A DNA stretch of 64,000 bases from NCBI GenBank assembly GCA_963626345.1, contig CAVFXI010000037.1, positions 1,616 to 65,615 on the forward strand, written 5' to 3'. The first letter of the stretch is position 1, and every line of letters begins with the position of its first letter. The notes beneath the pieces are model-generated. The model ran no database searches. It had not been told where the DNA came from and saw nothing but the letters and a program-made list of their open reading frames with translations. The DNA is from Gemmiger formicilis. Lineage in GTDB: Bacteria; Bacillota_I; Bacilli_A; RFN20; CAG-826. The translations under genes and the position numbers were made by a program. Below are positions 1 through 8,626 of this stretch, piece after piece.

Positions 1-1
1 T

Positions 2-1042
2 TTACTTTGTAACTGGAGGATTATTTGGAGATAAGGTTTTCATGCTTAACCACATGATTCTAAATCCGAATGTCATAACAAATAACATTACTTGATATTG
101 AGATAGCCAGAAGCCAAGAATTAAAGCAATAATGGCTGGAGTTGCTGTACACCAATAAGCAATGTTGAAACATTGTTGGAATTTAATTCCTCTATTAGGA
201 TTATTTTTACCTCTTGTTAATAAGAAGACTACTAAACCCATTAATAAGACAATACCAGAATTAACTGCAGCAATAATTCCTGTTTGAGTCCAGGTAACTG
301 TTTTTCTAGTATTGATATAGATTTCATCAACTAATCCTTTATAGTTTGTTAAGGTTGAACTAACGTTTTCAAGTCTTGTTGAACCTTTAGAAACATATAA
401 ATCACTTAATTTAGTGTGTTCGCTGCTTAAATTTTCATAATCACCATAAATGCCACCAGCAGTACTATAAACACCAGGTCTATATAATCTAGTAGTAAAT
501 GATTTTGTAGTGAAAATAATAAAAGATGCATCTCTTCCTGTTCCTGTTGGATTAACTTTCGTTTCTGAAATTGTATTCAATAAAGTATTAACATATTCAT
601 TAGTTAACGATGTTGTATCAACATAATAAACTTGAAAATCAACAAAATCTGCGCCATCACTTTTCTTAATTTCGTGTTGATAAAGTAAATACGTATTACT
701 TGAATCTGTAGTAACGCCAGTTAAGGAGCTCGTTCCATCTTTAAAAGTAATATCATATCCTTTTTCTTTTGCATCTTCTAAGAAACTATAAAAACCTTCA
801 TCATAGTTATAAACATATGAACTGCTTAAAAATGAACTTCCTTTTGAGGTTCCAGCAGTAACTGTAATTGGTACTAAAGAAACAAGAACAGAAATAACGG
901 CAACAATAACAGCAACATACCATTTTTTATTTAAACCAAATTGTGTAGCTGTTTGGTTACTCCATAAACAACGTAAATAATTTACAATATTAGCCCATCC
1001 GAACTTCTTTTTAGGCTTAATAATTTTAGCTTTTTGACTCAT
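2..1042 (-). CDS. Hypothetical polytopic membrane protein (N-terminal TM, ~200-aa Ser/Thr/Tyr-rich extracytoplasmic region, C-terminal TM bundle)
   Basis: ORF 2..1063. I prefer the ATG at 1042 (MSQKAKII...) because GAAGGAA lies a few nt upstream on the minus strand. Stop TAA is at 2-4. Hydrophobic segments are VAVIVAVISVLVSLVPITV and the last ~100 aa. No family recognised with confidence. Confidence 0.6.
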   Translation of the reverse strand: MSQKAKIIKPKKKFGWANIVNYLRCLWSNQTATQFGLNKKWYVAVIVAVISVLVSLVPITVTAGTSKGSSFLSSSYVYNYDEGFYSFLEDAKEKGYDITFKDGTSSLTGVTTDSSNTYLLYQHEIKKSDGADFVDFQVYYVDTTSLTNEYVNTLLNTISETKVNPTGTGRDASFIIFTTKSFTTRLYRPGVYSTAGGIYGDYENLSSEHTKLSDLYVSKGSTRLENVSSTLTNYKGLVDEIYINTRKTVTWTQTGIIAAVNSGIVLLMGLVVFLLTRGKNNPNRGIKFQQCFNIAYWCTATPAIIALILGFWLSQYQVMLFVMTFGFRIMWLSMKTLSPNNPPVTK

Positions 1043-1236
1043 AAAAATTCCTTCACAAAACAATTTGCTTTAATAGTATAAACTATTAAAGGTTTAAAAA
1101 CAAAACAATATGTCAAAAATGAATGCCTATCAGATTTTGTAAAATGTCATTGTTGGTTGCTTTAAGCAATAAAATTATGATTTATTAATGACAACAAATG
1201 ACAACAAAATAGAGAATTTTGAATTACCATCAATAT

Positions 1237-1521
1237 TTAAGTTCTTTTATTTATCACCAATTGCTTATATTCCTGATGTTTTTCAATGTAATGAATCACA
1301 AAAGAACATAAAGGTTTAATTTTAAAATTATTATTTTTTGCATACCCTAATATTTCTTTAATTAGAGTTGAAGCCATTCCTTTTCCTTGATATTTTTCAT
1401 AAATCACAGTTGAAATAATTATGATTGTATCATCCTTTATTTCAAAAGATATATAACCAATATCTTCGTTATTTTCTTCATCAATTAATCTAAGTTTTCT
1501 TTCTTCATAAATAAATTTCAT
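1237..1521 (-). CDS. Small GNAT-family N-acetyltransferase (YjdJ-like, ~94 aa)
   Basis: The 94-aa ORF has the core YQGKGMASTLIKEILGYAKNNNFKIKPLCSF, which matches the Q/RxxGxG/A acetyl-CoA loop and the C-terminal pattern of short stand-alone GNATs. Confidence 0.7.
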   Translation of the reverse strand: MKFIYEERKLRLIDEENNEDIGYISFEIKDDTIIIISTVIYEKYQGKGMASTLIKEILGYAKNNNFKIKPLCSFVIHYIEKHQEYKQLVINKRT

Positions 1522-1578
1522 AACTTAAATATAAAGGAATTCTAGTTATTTTCATAATAATATGCTTTATGAGATTAA

Positions 1579-1607
1579 TTGAATAATAAACTAACTTGTG
1601 ATATAAA
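1579..1607 (+). promoter_or_regulatory. Sigma-70-type promoter for ssrA
   Basis: TTGAAT (1579-1584), a 17-nt spacer, then an extended -10 TGaTATAAA (1599-1607), about 10 nt upstream of the tmRNA 5' end. Confidence 0.55.
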
Positions 1608-1617
1608 TATTCGTGCT

Positions 1618-1996
1618 GGGGATGTCTTGGTTTCGACATATGTTTGCAGGGCATGAAGTGCAAGTCGCTTGGAAACGTTATATTCCAAAAACAAAATTAA
1701 TTGCCGATAATCGACAAACACTCGCATTCGCTGCTTAGTTCAGCCGACATAGTTTCGTCCTTCAATTAATAGGAGGTGCGCGGATCTTATCTTGTTAGCT
1801 TCTTAAAGATAATGTATCCGTCATAAAAGAAGATAGGCATAGATGATGATTATAAGTCTATGAAGAAAATTTCTATAATCTAAGTGAGTGAATGTTTGTG
1901 TTATTTAGTTCCTCACAATAACAAAATAACACTAAACTTGTAGAGTTTATGTGTGGCAGCATATGGACCGGAGTTCAATTCTCCGCATCTCCACCA
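1618..1996 (+). ncRNA. ssrA: tmRNA (transfer-messenger RNA)
   Basis: The 5' GGGGAUG pairs with the 3' CAUCUCC followed by ACCA, with a G3:U pair (alanine identity). The T-arm-like GGAGTTCAATTCTCC sits just before the 3' end. An internal tag reading frame GCC GAT AAT CGA CAA ACA CTC GCA TTC GCT GCT TAG (1703-1738) encodes ADNRQTLAFAA*, which has a canonical hydrophobic xAFAA end. Confidence 0.93.
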
Positions 1997-2009
1997 AGGT
2001 TTAAAAGTT

Positions 2010-2041
2010 GACACTTTTAGGAAACTAAGAGTGTCTTTTTT
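2010..2041 (+). terminator. Rho-independent terminator after ssrA
   Basis: A 9-bp stem (GACACTTTT / AAGAGTGTC), an 8-nt loop, then TTTTTT. Confidence 0.7.
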
Positions 2042-2091
2042 ATAAATGAAATGGCGACTTTTTTGCTAAATATGGTCCAATTATATCAATA

Positions 2092-2289
2092 ATGGAATTT
2101 GAAAATATGGCAAATGAAGCAATAAACGTTAGTTTAATCAAAGATAATAAAGCAATTATTGAAGAATCTAAGAAGTTAGTTACTAGAAATGTAAATACTG
2201 TTATGCTTCAAACATATTGGAATATCGGGGGAAGAATTATTGAAGAAGAGCAAAATGGAAATGATAAAGTGAGCTATAGGGAATATTAG
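2092..2289 (+). pseudogene. N-terminal fragment of a DUF1016/YhcG-type PDDEXK-nuclease-family protein
   Basis: The 65-aa ORF has ...VNTVMLQTYWNIGGRIIEEEQNGNDKVSY..., which matches the conserved N-terminal helix region of YhcG-like proteins (full length ~340 aa). It ends abruptly at a block of 11-mer repeats. Confidence 0.6.
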
Positions 2290-2344
2290 GATACATGATG
2301 GGAACATGATGGGAACATGATGTTGAAAAGACGGGGAACATGAT
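2289..2344. repeat. Four copies of an 11-mer (GGGAACATGAT; first copy degenerate GGATACATGAT)
   Basis: Copies at 2289-2299, 2300-2310 and 2311-2321 are tandem. A fourth copy at 2334-2344 follows a 12-nt spacer. Confidence 0.9.
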
Positions 2345-2372
2345 ATGCAATTAAACTACAAAAGGTGTAATC

Positions 2373-3755
2373 ATGAAATATTTGGTAGAAATTTTAGATA
2401 AGTTGAAATTTGAAAACGAGGAATATGAATATATACTAAAATTAGATTCCGATCTTGGGAAAATTGAAAAATGGGCGAAAACAATCGCTGCTTTTTCGAA
2501 TTGTATAGGAGGTGTCATTTTTGTTGGAGTTAACAATGATGGCGTGGCAGTTGGACTATCAAAAAAAGAAATAGATGAAACAAAAAATTAGTTTTAAAAA
2601 CTATAGATAGGTATATTTTTCCACATGTTGAAGTTAAATTTGAAATTTACAAAATTGATGAATTTCTCTATGTATTGGGCATAAATGTCGAATATGCGAA
2701 TGAAATTGTGATATTTAAGGCTGGTGATTACAATGAGAAAGTTTATGTGAGGGAAAATGGCTCTTCGGTTCCTGCATCTGTTTCAAGAATTCTTAAAATG
2801 GGTAAAAGAAAATTTGGCATAGATAGCCAAATATTAAATGAGCAATATCAAAAGAATAAATTCAAAACGTACAACGATCTAGCTAAGCGTTATAGGCTGG
2901 ATAAGAAGGAGCCAACGGTTGAACTTCTTATGAGCAATGAAGTCGTCAATAAAGACGGCAGAATCACTCAAGGTCTAAAAATGTTTTCTGATGATTATAA
3001 AAATGATGACACTTTGCTCGTTTGCAGGCTTTGGAACGGCTATGATAAGGGAACAAACGAGGCTTTAGACATCAAAGAATTAAAAGGATCGTTATCTTAT
3101 GTTTTTAATGAAACAATAAAGTTTGTATTTCGCAACTCACGAAGTGGCTTCATTAAGATGAGTAATGGCGGAAGGTTGGATACTTTATCGTATCCTGAAA
3201 TTGCGATTAGAGAAGCTGTTGTCAATGCTATAGCACATAGAGATTATTCAATCGAAGGCACGCAAATAGATGTTGATATATATAAGAATAGACTTGAAAT
3301 AACATCACCTGGATCATGGTTGTTGGATAGAAAAGTCTCCGAATTTGATTTGAGGCATATACCTTCAATTAGAAGGAACAAAATTATCTGCAATTGCTTT
3401 CAAAGTATTGGTCTTATGGAAAAAAGTGGTAGTGGGATTAAAAAGATTGTTGATTGTTACAAAGATTTTAAGGAACCTAAACTGGAAGGGAATGACGACT
3501 TTTTTATAATTACTCTATTTTGATATACTGGCTGAGCAAAAAGAAAACGATATTTTACAAACAAAATACGATGAAATAATATTGAAGTTCTGCGATGGCG
3601 TCGCAAGAAGCAGAGAAGAAATTCAAGAATACATAGGTTATTCAAGTCGTGGGCATTTTATGTCCGACATCCTAAAACCTTTAATGGAAAAAGGATTGAT
3701 TATGCAAACAGCACCTTCAAAATCAAAAAATCAAAAATATTTAACAAAAAAATGA
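2373..3755 (+). pseudogene. AlbA_2 (Schlafen-type) / HATPase_c_4 / C-terminal wHTH 'ATP-binding putative regulator', disrupted by two frameshifts
   Basis: There are three collinear pieces. Piece 1 is 2373-2591 (AAFSNCIGGVIFVGVNNDGVAVGL, the AlbA_2 motif). Piece 2 is open in frame from ~2582 to 3523 (REAVVNAIAHRDYSIEGTQIDVDIYKNRLEITSPG, the RecG-C/HATPase_c_4 motif). Piece 3 is 3522-3755 (DILAEQKEND...NQKYLTKK*, the wHTH tail). Frame changes sit at an A6 run (2582-2587) and a T4 run (3517-3520). Confidence 0.75.
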
Positions 3756-3925
3756 ATAGATTAAAACCTGAAAATATTGGATAAATGAATATGTATGTTA
3801 ATTATTATTGGAGATGAGACTTCCATTACGTTTTATGCTATTTATCGGCCAATTAAAAAGAAAATTTATGACTTCATAAAGCTTGCAAGATAATATGACT
3901 TTTATCATTAAGAAAAGTAGGAAAA

Positions 3926-5212
3926 CTAATCAGTTTGCTCTTTCTTATTAATGTGGTCTACTAGTTTCCTAACACCAAAAGTAACACTCCAAGTAAGTGA
4001 TGAAACAGCAAAGAATCCACTCATGTAGATTAAAATGAAGATAGGATAAGGAACATGTGGCTGAATAAGATTTAAGATAGGTATTGAAGTTGGATGATGA
4101 TTTGAAATAAAGAAGAAATCCGCAGCATCACCAACGCTTTTTTCGTACACCTTGATTAAACAACCTACGAGAGCAGATTCGTTATAAGCGTTTACTGGAA
4201 CGATATTTATTGTTTCATTATCAAATGTTATAAAATAATCCTCTCCTTTTATATTCATCGTAAAAACGGATTTGTCTGAAGTTAACTGATACCATTTCCA
4301 ATTATTCGTTGGTTTATCTACAAGAATAAGGTTTTTATTGTTGTTTATTTCAATATATTTAATGTTTTCATTTTTATCGCAGTATGCGAGGTTGTAACTT
4401 GTATTTGTTTTATCTTCTTTAGGAGATTCAATACAAAAATTAATTCTTTCTTTATGATTTGAAGTGACAGTAAATATTCCATCTTCTTCTTTAATGAAGT
4501 GATATAAATCATCTTTTAGATAACCATAGCTAAGTTCATCATTAGAAACTGGGTTGGTTTTTATAGCAAAACTTGGAGTTTGTCTAGGTTTTAGATAAGC
4601 GTGATAAAAGACTTCATTTAGTCCAATTGCTATTAAACTACAACAAACGAATATACAGAATGGAGGAATAACTTCTTTTTTATAAGATCGACCATATCCC
4701 TTTGCAAATATTAAATAAAGGGCCATTGCAACAAGCAGCGTATGCCAAAACATTGTTTGAAATGAGATATAAATTAATTTGGTATGAAGTGTAATTGGGT
4801 ATATCATGGCGCTTAAGCCACCGATAATTCCATAAAAGGCAAGAAATGTGTAACAAACATTTTTGACCTTGTTATTTTTAACTAATGATCCAACGAAAGC
4901 GACATATAAAGGAATTGAACAAAATGCGAAAGGTAAAACATCAATACGGAAATAACCATAATAACTAAATTGGTACATTATTAGTTTTAAAATATCTGTA
5001 ATTAAGAGAACTATATCGATGACAAGAATAGTTCTATCAACAGCTTTTGGAGAATTAAATTTTTTTGCATAGAAATATGATCCAACACATAATGCGACCA
5101 TAATCACGAGCCAAATTATATGGAAATAACTATACATTTCTGGGCCATAGTGGTTTGGTGTATTCCATTTCCAATTCATAAAGTCAAATAAAATCATAAA
5201 TATTTTTCGCAC
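3926..5212 (-). CDS. YwaF/TMEM164-family integral membrane protein with a ~155-aa soluble insertion
   Basis: Blocks LPFAFCSIPLYVAF, FWHTLLVAMALYLIF, DFFFISNHHPT and PILNLIQPHVPYPIFIL parallel Bacillus YwaF (MPLQLCSI..., FFITHGAIV..., NYLFLSHKP, PLDFLGPWPWYIL). The start could also be the ATG at 5197. Confidence 0.6.
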   Translation of the reverse strand: MRKIFMILFDFMNWKWNTPNHYGPEMYSYFHIIWLVIMVALCVGSYFYAKKFNSPKAVDRTILVIDIVLLITDILKLIMYQFSYYGYFRIDVLPFAFCSIPLYVAFVGSLVKNNKVKNVCYTFLAFYGIIGGLSAMIYPITLHTKLIYISFQTMFWHTLLVAMALYLIFAKGYGRSYKKEVIPPFCIFVCCSLIAIGLNEVFYHAYLKPRQTPSFAIKTNPVSNDELSYGYLKDDLYHFIKEEDGIFTVTSNHKERINFCIESPKEDKTNTSYNLAYCDKNENIKYIEINNNKNLILVDKPTNNWKWYQLTSDKSVFTMNIKGEDYFITFDNETINIVPVNAYNESALVGCLIKVYEKSVGDAADFFFISNHHPTSIPILNLIQPHVPYPIFILIYMSGFFAVSSLTWSVTFGVRKLVDHINKKEQTD

Positions 5213-5290
5213 CTTAAATACTATTAAAATAAGTACTTATTCCTTTCATCAATCGTTTTTTTCTTGGAAATAATAGTTGTATTTTTAAAT

Positions 5291-6646
5291 CTAGAAATCA
5301 TATTTAATTTTCCCCAATGCAAATGTTAAATAATGAGGAATAGTGATTATGTCTCCTTCTTCACTTACATTATAATCGCCAATTTTAATTAATTTAGTTT
5401 TCCCATAATGTTCTGGGTGCTTCATTACAGTTTTACTGGATTTAGTATTACCTGTTTTTGTTTTTGCTTCAACTAATGTAGCGAATCCTTTATATGATAT
5501 TACAAAATCTATTTCTAATCCGCTCTTTTTTGCAAAGTAATATGTCTCTATACCAGCTTTATTTAGTGAATCAAATACCAAAGCTTCATAAATTGCATCT
5601 TTTATTTGACCAAGATTTCCTTCGTTTATAGCGATTAAGGTTTCTATACCTTGCATCGATGTTAAAATCCCAATATCTTCAGGGAATAACTTGAATTGAG
5701 AAATGATTTTTTCACACGCTAAAGGAAGCGATGGGATGTTTAAATTATAAACTTTAGAAACAATATGAGATTGTATTAGGCATTCAATTGCAGCATTTTT
5801 ATCATATTGGGTGCCACCTTTAATTTTTGAAACAACGAATCTTTTACTTTTTTTGTTTAAAAAAGATGGTATTAAATCATAAGCATTTTGAATTCTTGCA
5901 AGTTCGGCAGGTCGAAAAATTATATTTCCATTTCTATCTTTTCGCTTACCAAAATCACCTTTTATATCTGACAAAATGTTTTTAGTTTCATTGAAAGCAT
6001 CGATTATTTTATTTGTTTTAAGATATTGCGTTATTGCTTTTGGGAATCCGCCAATGCAGGCATATTTTAAAAATAATAATTTATAAGTATTATGAATATT
6101 TTCTGAAATAGGTCTTCTATTATTAAAACATTCTAATAAGTAATCAATTTGCTTTTCTTGATATCCATTTGCCCACAAAAATTCTTCAAAATCCATTGTT
6201 TTCATTTGAATAATTTCTTCTGCACCAACAGGAATTGGTGTTACATCTCCAATAATATAATCATAAATATCCAAACATGATCCGCTTGCTATAACATTAT
6301 ATCTTCCATCTTCTTTAAAAAATTTTAATGATAATCTAGCTCTTGGACATTCTTGAATTTCATCAAAAAATATCAAAGTTTTTTCTTTATTAAAAGTTTT
6401 TGAAGAGAATCTTAAAGAAATATTCGATATCAAAGTGTCGATATTTAAAGTACGCTCAAAATCGTTTGAATATTTAGGGTTTTTCCTAAAGTTTATGTTT
6501 ATTAATTCCAAATTATTTCTTCTTGCGAATTCTTTGATAGATTCAGTTTTGCCACATTGGCGGATTCCCACAATTAAAATCGGTGTTTTTGCACCGTTCT
6601 TTAACCAACGATCAAGTTCACTATCTATCTTTCTTTTGAAATACAT
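5291..6646 (-). CDS. AAA+ ATPase (AAA_14) with C-terminal DUF4143 / PD-(D/E)xK nuclease-like domain (COG1373 type)
   Basis: Walker A is GIRQCGKT and Walker B is LIFFDEIQECP. The C-terminal LEIDFVI...ATLVEAKTK fits a D...ExK nuclease-fold signature. Confidence 0.8.
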   Translation of the reverse strand: MYFKRKIDSELDRWLKNGAKTPILIVGIRQCGKTESIKEFARRNNLELININFRKNPKYSNDFERTLNIDTLISNISLRFSSKTFNKEKTLIFFDEIQECPRARLSLKFFKEDGRYNVIASGSCLDIYDYIIGDVTPIPVGAEEIIQMKTMDFEEFLWANGYQEKQIDYLLECFNNRRPISENIHNTYKLLFLKYACIGGFPKAITQYLKTNKIIDAFNETKNILSDIKGDFGKRKDRNGNIIFRPAELARIQNAYDLIPSFLNKKSKRFVVSKIKGGTQYDKNAAIECLIQSHIVSKVYNLNIPSLPLACEKIISQFKLFPEDIGILTSMQGIETLIAINEGNLGQIKDAIYEALVFDSLNKAGIETYYFAKKSGLEIDFVISYKGFATLVEAKTKTGNTKSSKTVMKHPEHYGKTKLIKIGDYNVSEEGDIITIPHYLTFALGKIKYDF

Positions 6647-6664
6647 TTATATACCTTACACAAT

Positions 6665-6797
6665 AAAAGCAAGCGAGTTTTCGAAAACAATATAACAAAA
6701 AGTGAGTGACTTTTCAATATGCACATAATAAAAAGCAAGCGACTTTTAGAGTATGCTCTTAACATAAGAGTGAGTTACAATTTGTATGTGTTTTTGC
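6665..6797. repeat. Four phased ~33-bp direct repeats (core AAAAG-YRAG-YGA-STTTT) in the divergent intergenic region
   Basis: Units start at 6665, 6698, 6731 and 6765. R1 is AAAAGCAAGCGAGTTTT, R2 is AAAAGTGAGTGACTTTT, R3 is AAAAGCAAGCGACTTTT, and R4 is the degenerate ATAAGAGTGAGTTAC. R1 also contains the 12-bp palindrome GTTTTCGAAAAC (6677-6688). Confidence 0.8.
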
Positions 6798-6895
6798 ATT
6801 AAACTAGCTAGAAGAAACAAGAAATGAGAACAAAATTATATTAAATAATAATGCTATTTCATAATTATTAAAGTAAAATAAGTTAAGGTGAAAAC

Positions 6896-8611
6896 ATGAA
6901 AAACAAAAGAAAAATTATTTTATTAATTACGGGGATTTTCTCGTTAATAGTGGCTTTTATCATGACAATACTTCCCGTGTCTTCTAGTTTTGGAAGTAAG
7001 AATCTTTCTTTTAAATCGTCATATAAAGAGAATGAAGTTACATTAAAAGCAACTTATTACGAAAAGAAGGATGCAGAATATGCAGTTTTAATTTGCCCTG
7101 GGTATTCTTGTGATAGAGCAAAATGGCGACCAATGGCAAATGTATTTTTGGCAAATAATATTTCAGTGATGACATTTGATTATTCGGGACAGGGCGGTTC
7201 ATATGGGAAAATTGGTTTTGATAATGCAAAAACTGATGATATTCCTACACAAATAGATGATGCGTTAGTTTATCTTCATGAAATTTCTAATATTGATTAT
7301 GAAAATATAATTCTTATGGGGCATTCAATGGGTGGAAGAGCAATATTGAGACTGATGTATGACTATAATATTGAAAATGCTGATACAAAATTAATTAAGA
7401 AGAACGTTAAGAATATTATTCTTTTTTCGCCAGAGGTTAATTATGGGCATAATGCTCAAGCTAGTTTATTTGCAGGTACGGATGATGCAAATGATTATCC
7501 ATGGAAGGATTATTCTTCTAAGGCTGTAGATGGAGTTAATGTTTACCTTTTTGGATCAACTGCAGATGATGTAGTTTCTGATTATGATATTTTAAGAATT
7601 TCTGAAAGATTGAGCGATAAAAAAGTACAAGAGAGTGGGACTGCAGATTTTGTAATTTATAAGGAAGATGACTGTATTATTAAAGTTGGAGTAACTTCTT
7701 TAGTTCTTCATTCATATCAAATGTATTCAACTAGATTTGCTTCATATCTTACTTCATCTATTACAAACATTACTGGAGTGGTTTCAACTTATCCAACTAT
7801 ATATTTATCGTTTATATATATTGGTTGGGGTTTATCGCTTGTTGGAATAGGTCTTGTTTTATATACTTTACTTAGCGTGAAAACAAGCGTGGAAAATAAC
7901 ACAAATGAAATTCCAACGATTACTAGTGAAAAATCATTCCTATTAAGAAAATTATTATTATGGATTCCTGGTTTGATAATGGGATTTATTATTTGCTGTT
8001 TTTGTATGGTCTTTCCGTTTGGATCGCCAGTTATGAATATTCCTTATATGTGCTGCATAGCTGGTTATGGAATTGTAATGTTGATTTTTTATTTAAAGAA
8101 AAAAGTAAAAGGTGTTGAAGGGACTCTTCCAAAAATTTCTTTTAAAATTAAAACTGATAAAAAAGAAATAATGAAATGTATTATTGTTTCTCTTGTTTTT
8201 ATAGCTTATGTTTGGTTTATATTAAAACTAACAATGTATAATTTAATTCCATTTAACATCCGTATTTTTTGGTTGATTTTTGCAACGATATTAATGTCTG
8301 TTGGTTATTATATTTCTGGTATTGAAAATGATATGTTAAAGAAAATAAACGCAAGTAAATGGACGTATATTTTATATAATTTAATTCAATATATTGCGTT
8401 ATTTTTGTTTGTTTTATTTTATTTAATGATTAAGAGCTATTCTGGATTTATAGGGCAAATGCAAAATATGATTTTAATGTATATATTTACAATTCCTTTA
8501 GGGAATTATATTCAAAAGAAATTAAATAATAGAATTTATGGAGCAATTGTATCAAGTTTTTTATTCCAAGCAATAATGATTACTTCGGCTGCAATTATAT
8601 CCTTTTTCTAA
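6896..8611 (+). CDS. Alpha/beta-hydrolase domain fused to a C-terminal polytopic membrane domain
   Basis: An N-terminal TM/signal anchor is followed by the nucleophile elbow GHSMGG and then about 8 hydrophobic helices over the last ~280 aa. RBS AAGGTG lies upstream of the ATG. Confidence 0.75.
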   Translation: MKNKRKIILLITGIFSLIVAFIMTILPVSSSFGSKNLSFKSSYKENEVTLKATYYEKKDAEYAVLICPGYSCDRAKWRPMANVFLANNISVMTFDYSGQGGSYGKIGFDNAKTDDIPTQIDDALVYLHEISNIDYENIILMGHSMGGRAILRLMYDYNIENADTKLIKKNVKNIILFSPEVNYGHNAQASLFAGTDDANDYPWKDYSSKAVDGVNVYLFGSTADDVVSDYDILRISERLSDKKVQESGTADFVIYKEDDCIIKVGVTSLVLHSYQMYSTRFASYLTSSITNITGVVSTYPTIYLSFIYIGWGLSLVGIGLVLYTLLSVKTSVENNTNEIPTITSEKSFLLRKLLLWIPGLIMGFIICCFCMVFPFGSPVMNIPYMCCIAGYGIVMLIFYLKKKVKGVEGTLPKISFKIKTDKKEIMKCIIVSLVFIAYVWFILKLTMYNLIPFNIRIFWLIFATILMSVGYYISGIENDMLKKINASKWTYILYNLIQYIALFLFVLFYLMIKSYSGFIGQMQNMILMYIFTIPLGNYIQKKLNNRIYGAIVSSFLFQAIMITSAAIISFF

Positions 8612-8626
8612 ATTTAAGGAGATATT

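Noticed and set aside
1188-1208. Direct repeat ATGACAACAA x2 in the intergenic region upstream of the first membrane-protein gene.
   Set aside because: There are only two short copies in an AT-rich spacer, which is compatible with chance or simple slippage.
6435-6695. 86-aa plus-strand ORF spanning the start of the AAA+ gene and the first repeat unit.
   Set aside because: It overlaps the conserved N-terminus of the ATPase gene antisense and has no translation signals. The repeats explain the remaining open frame.
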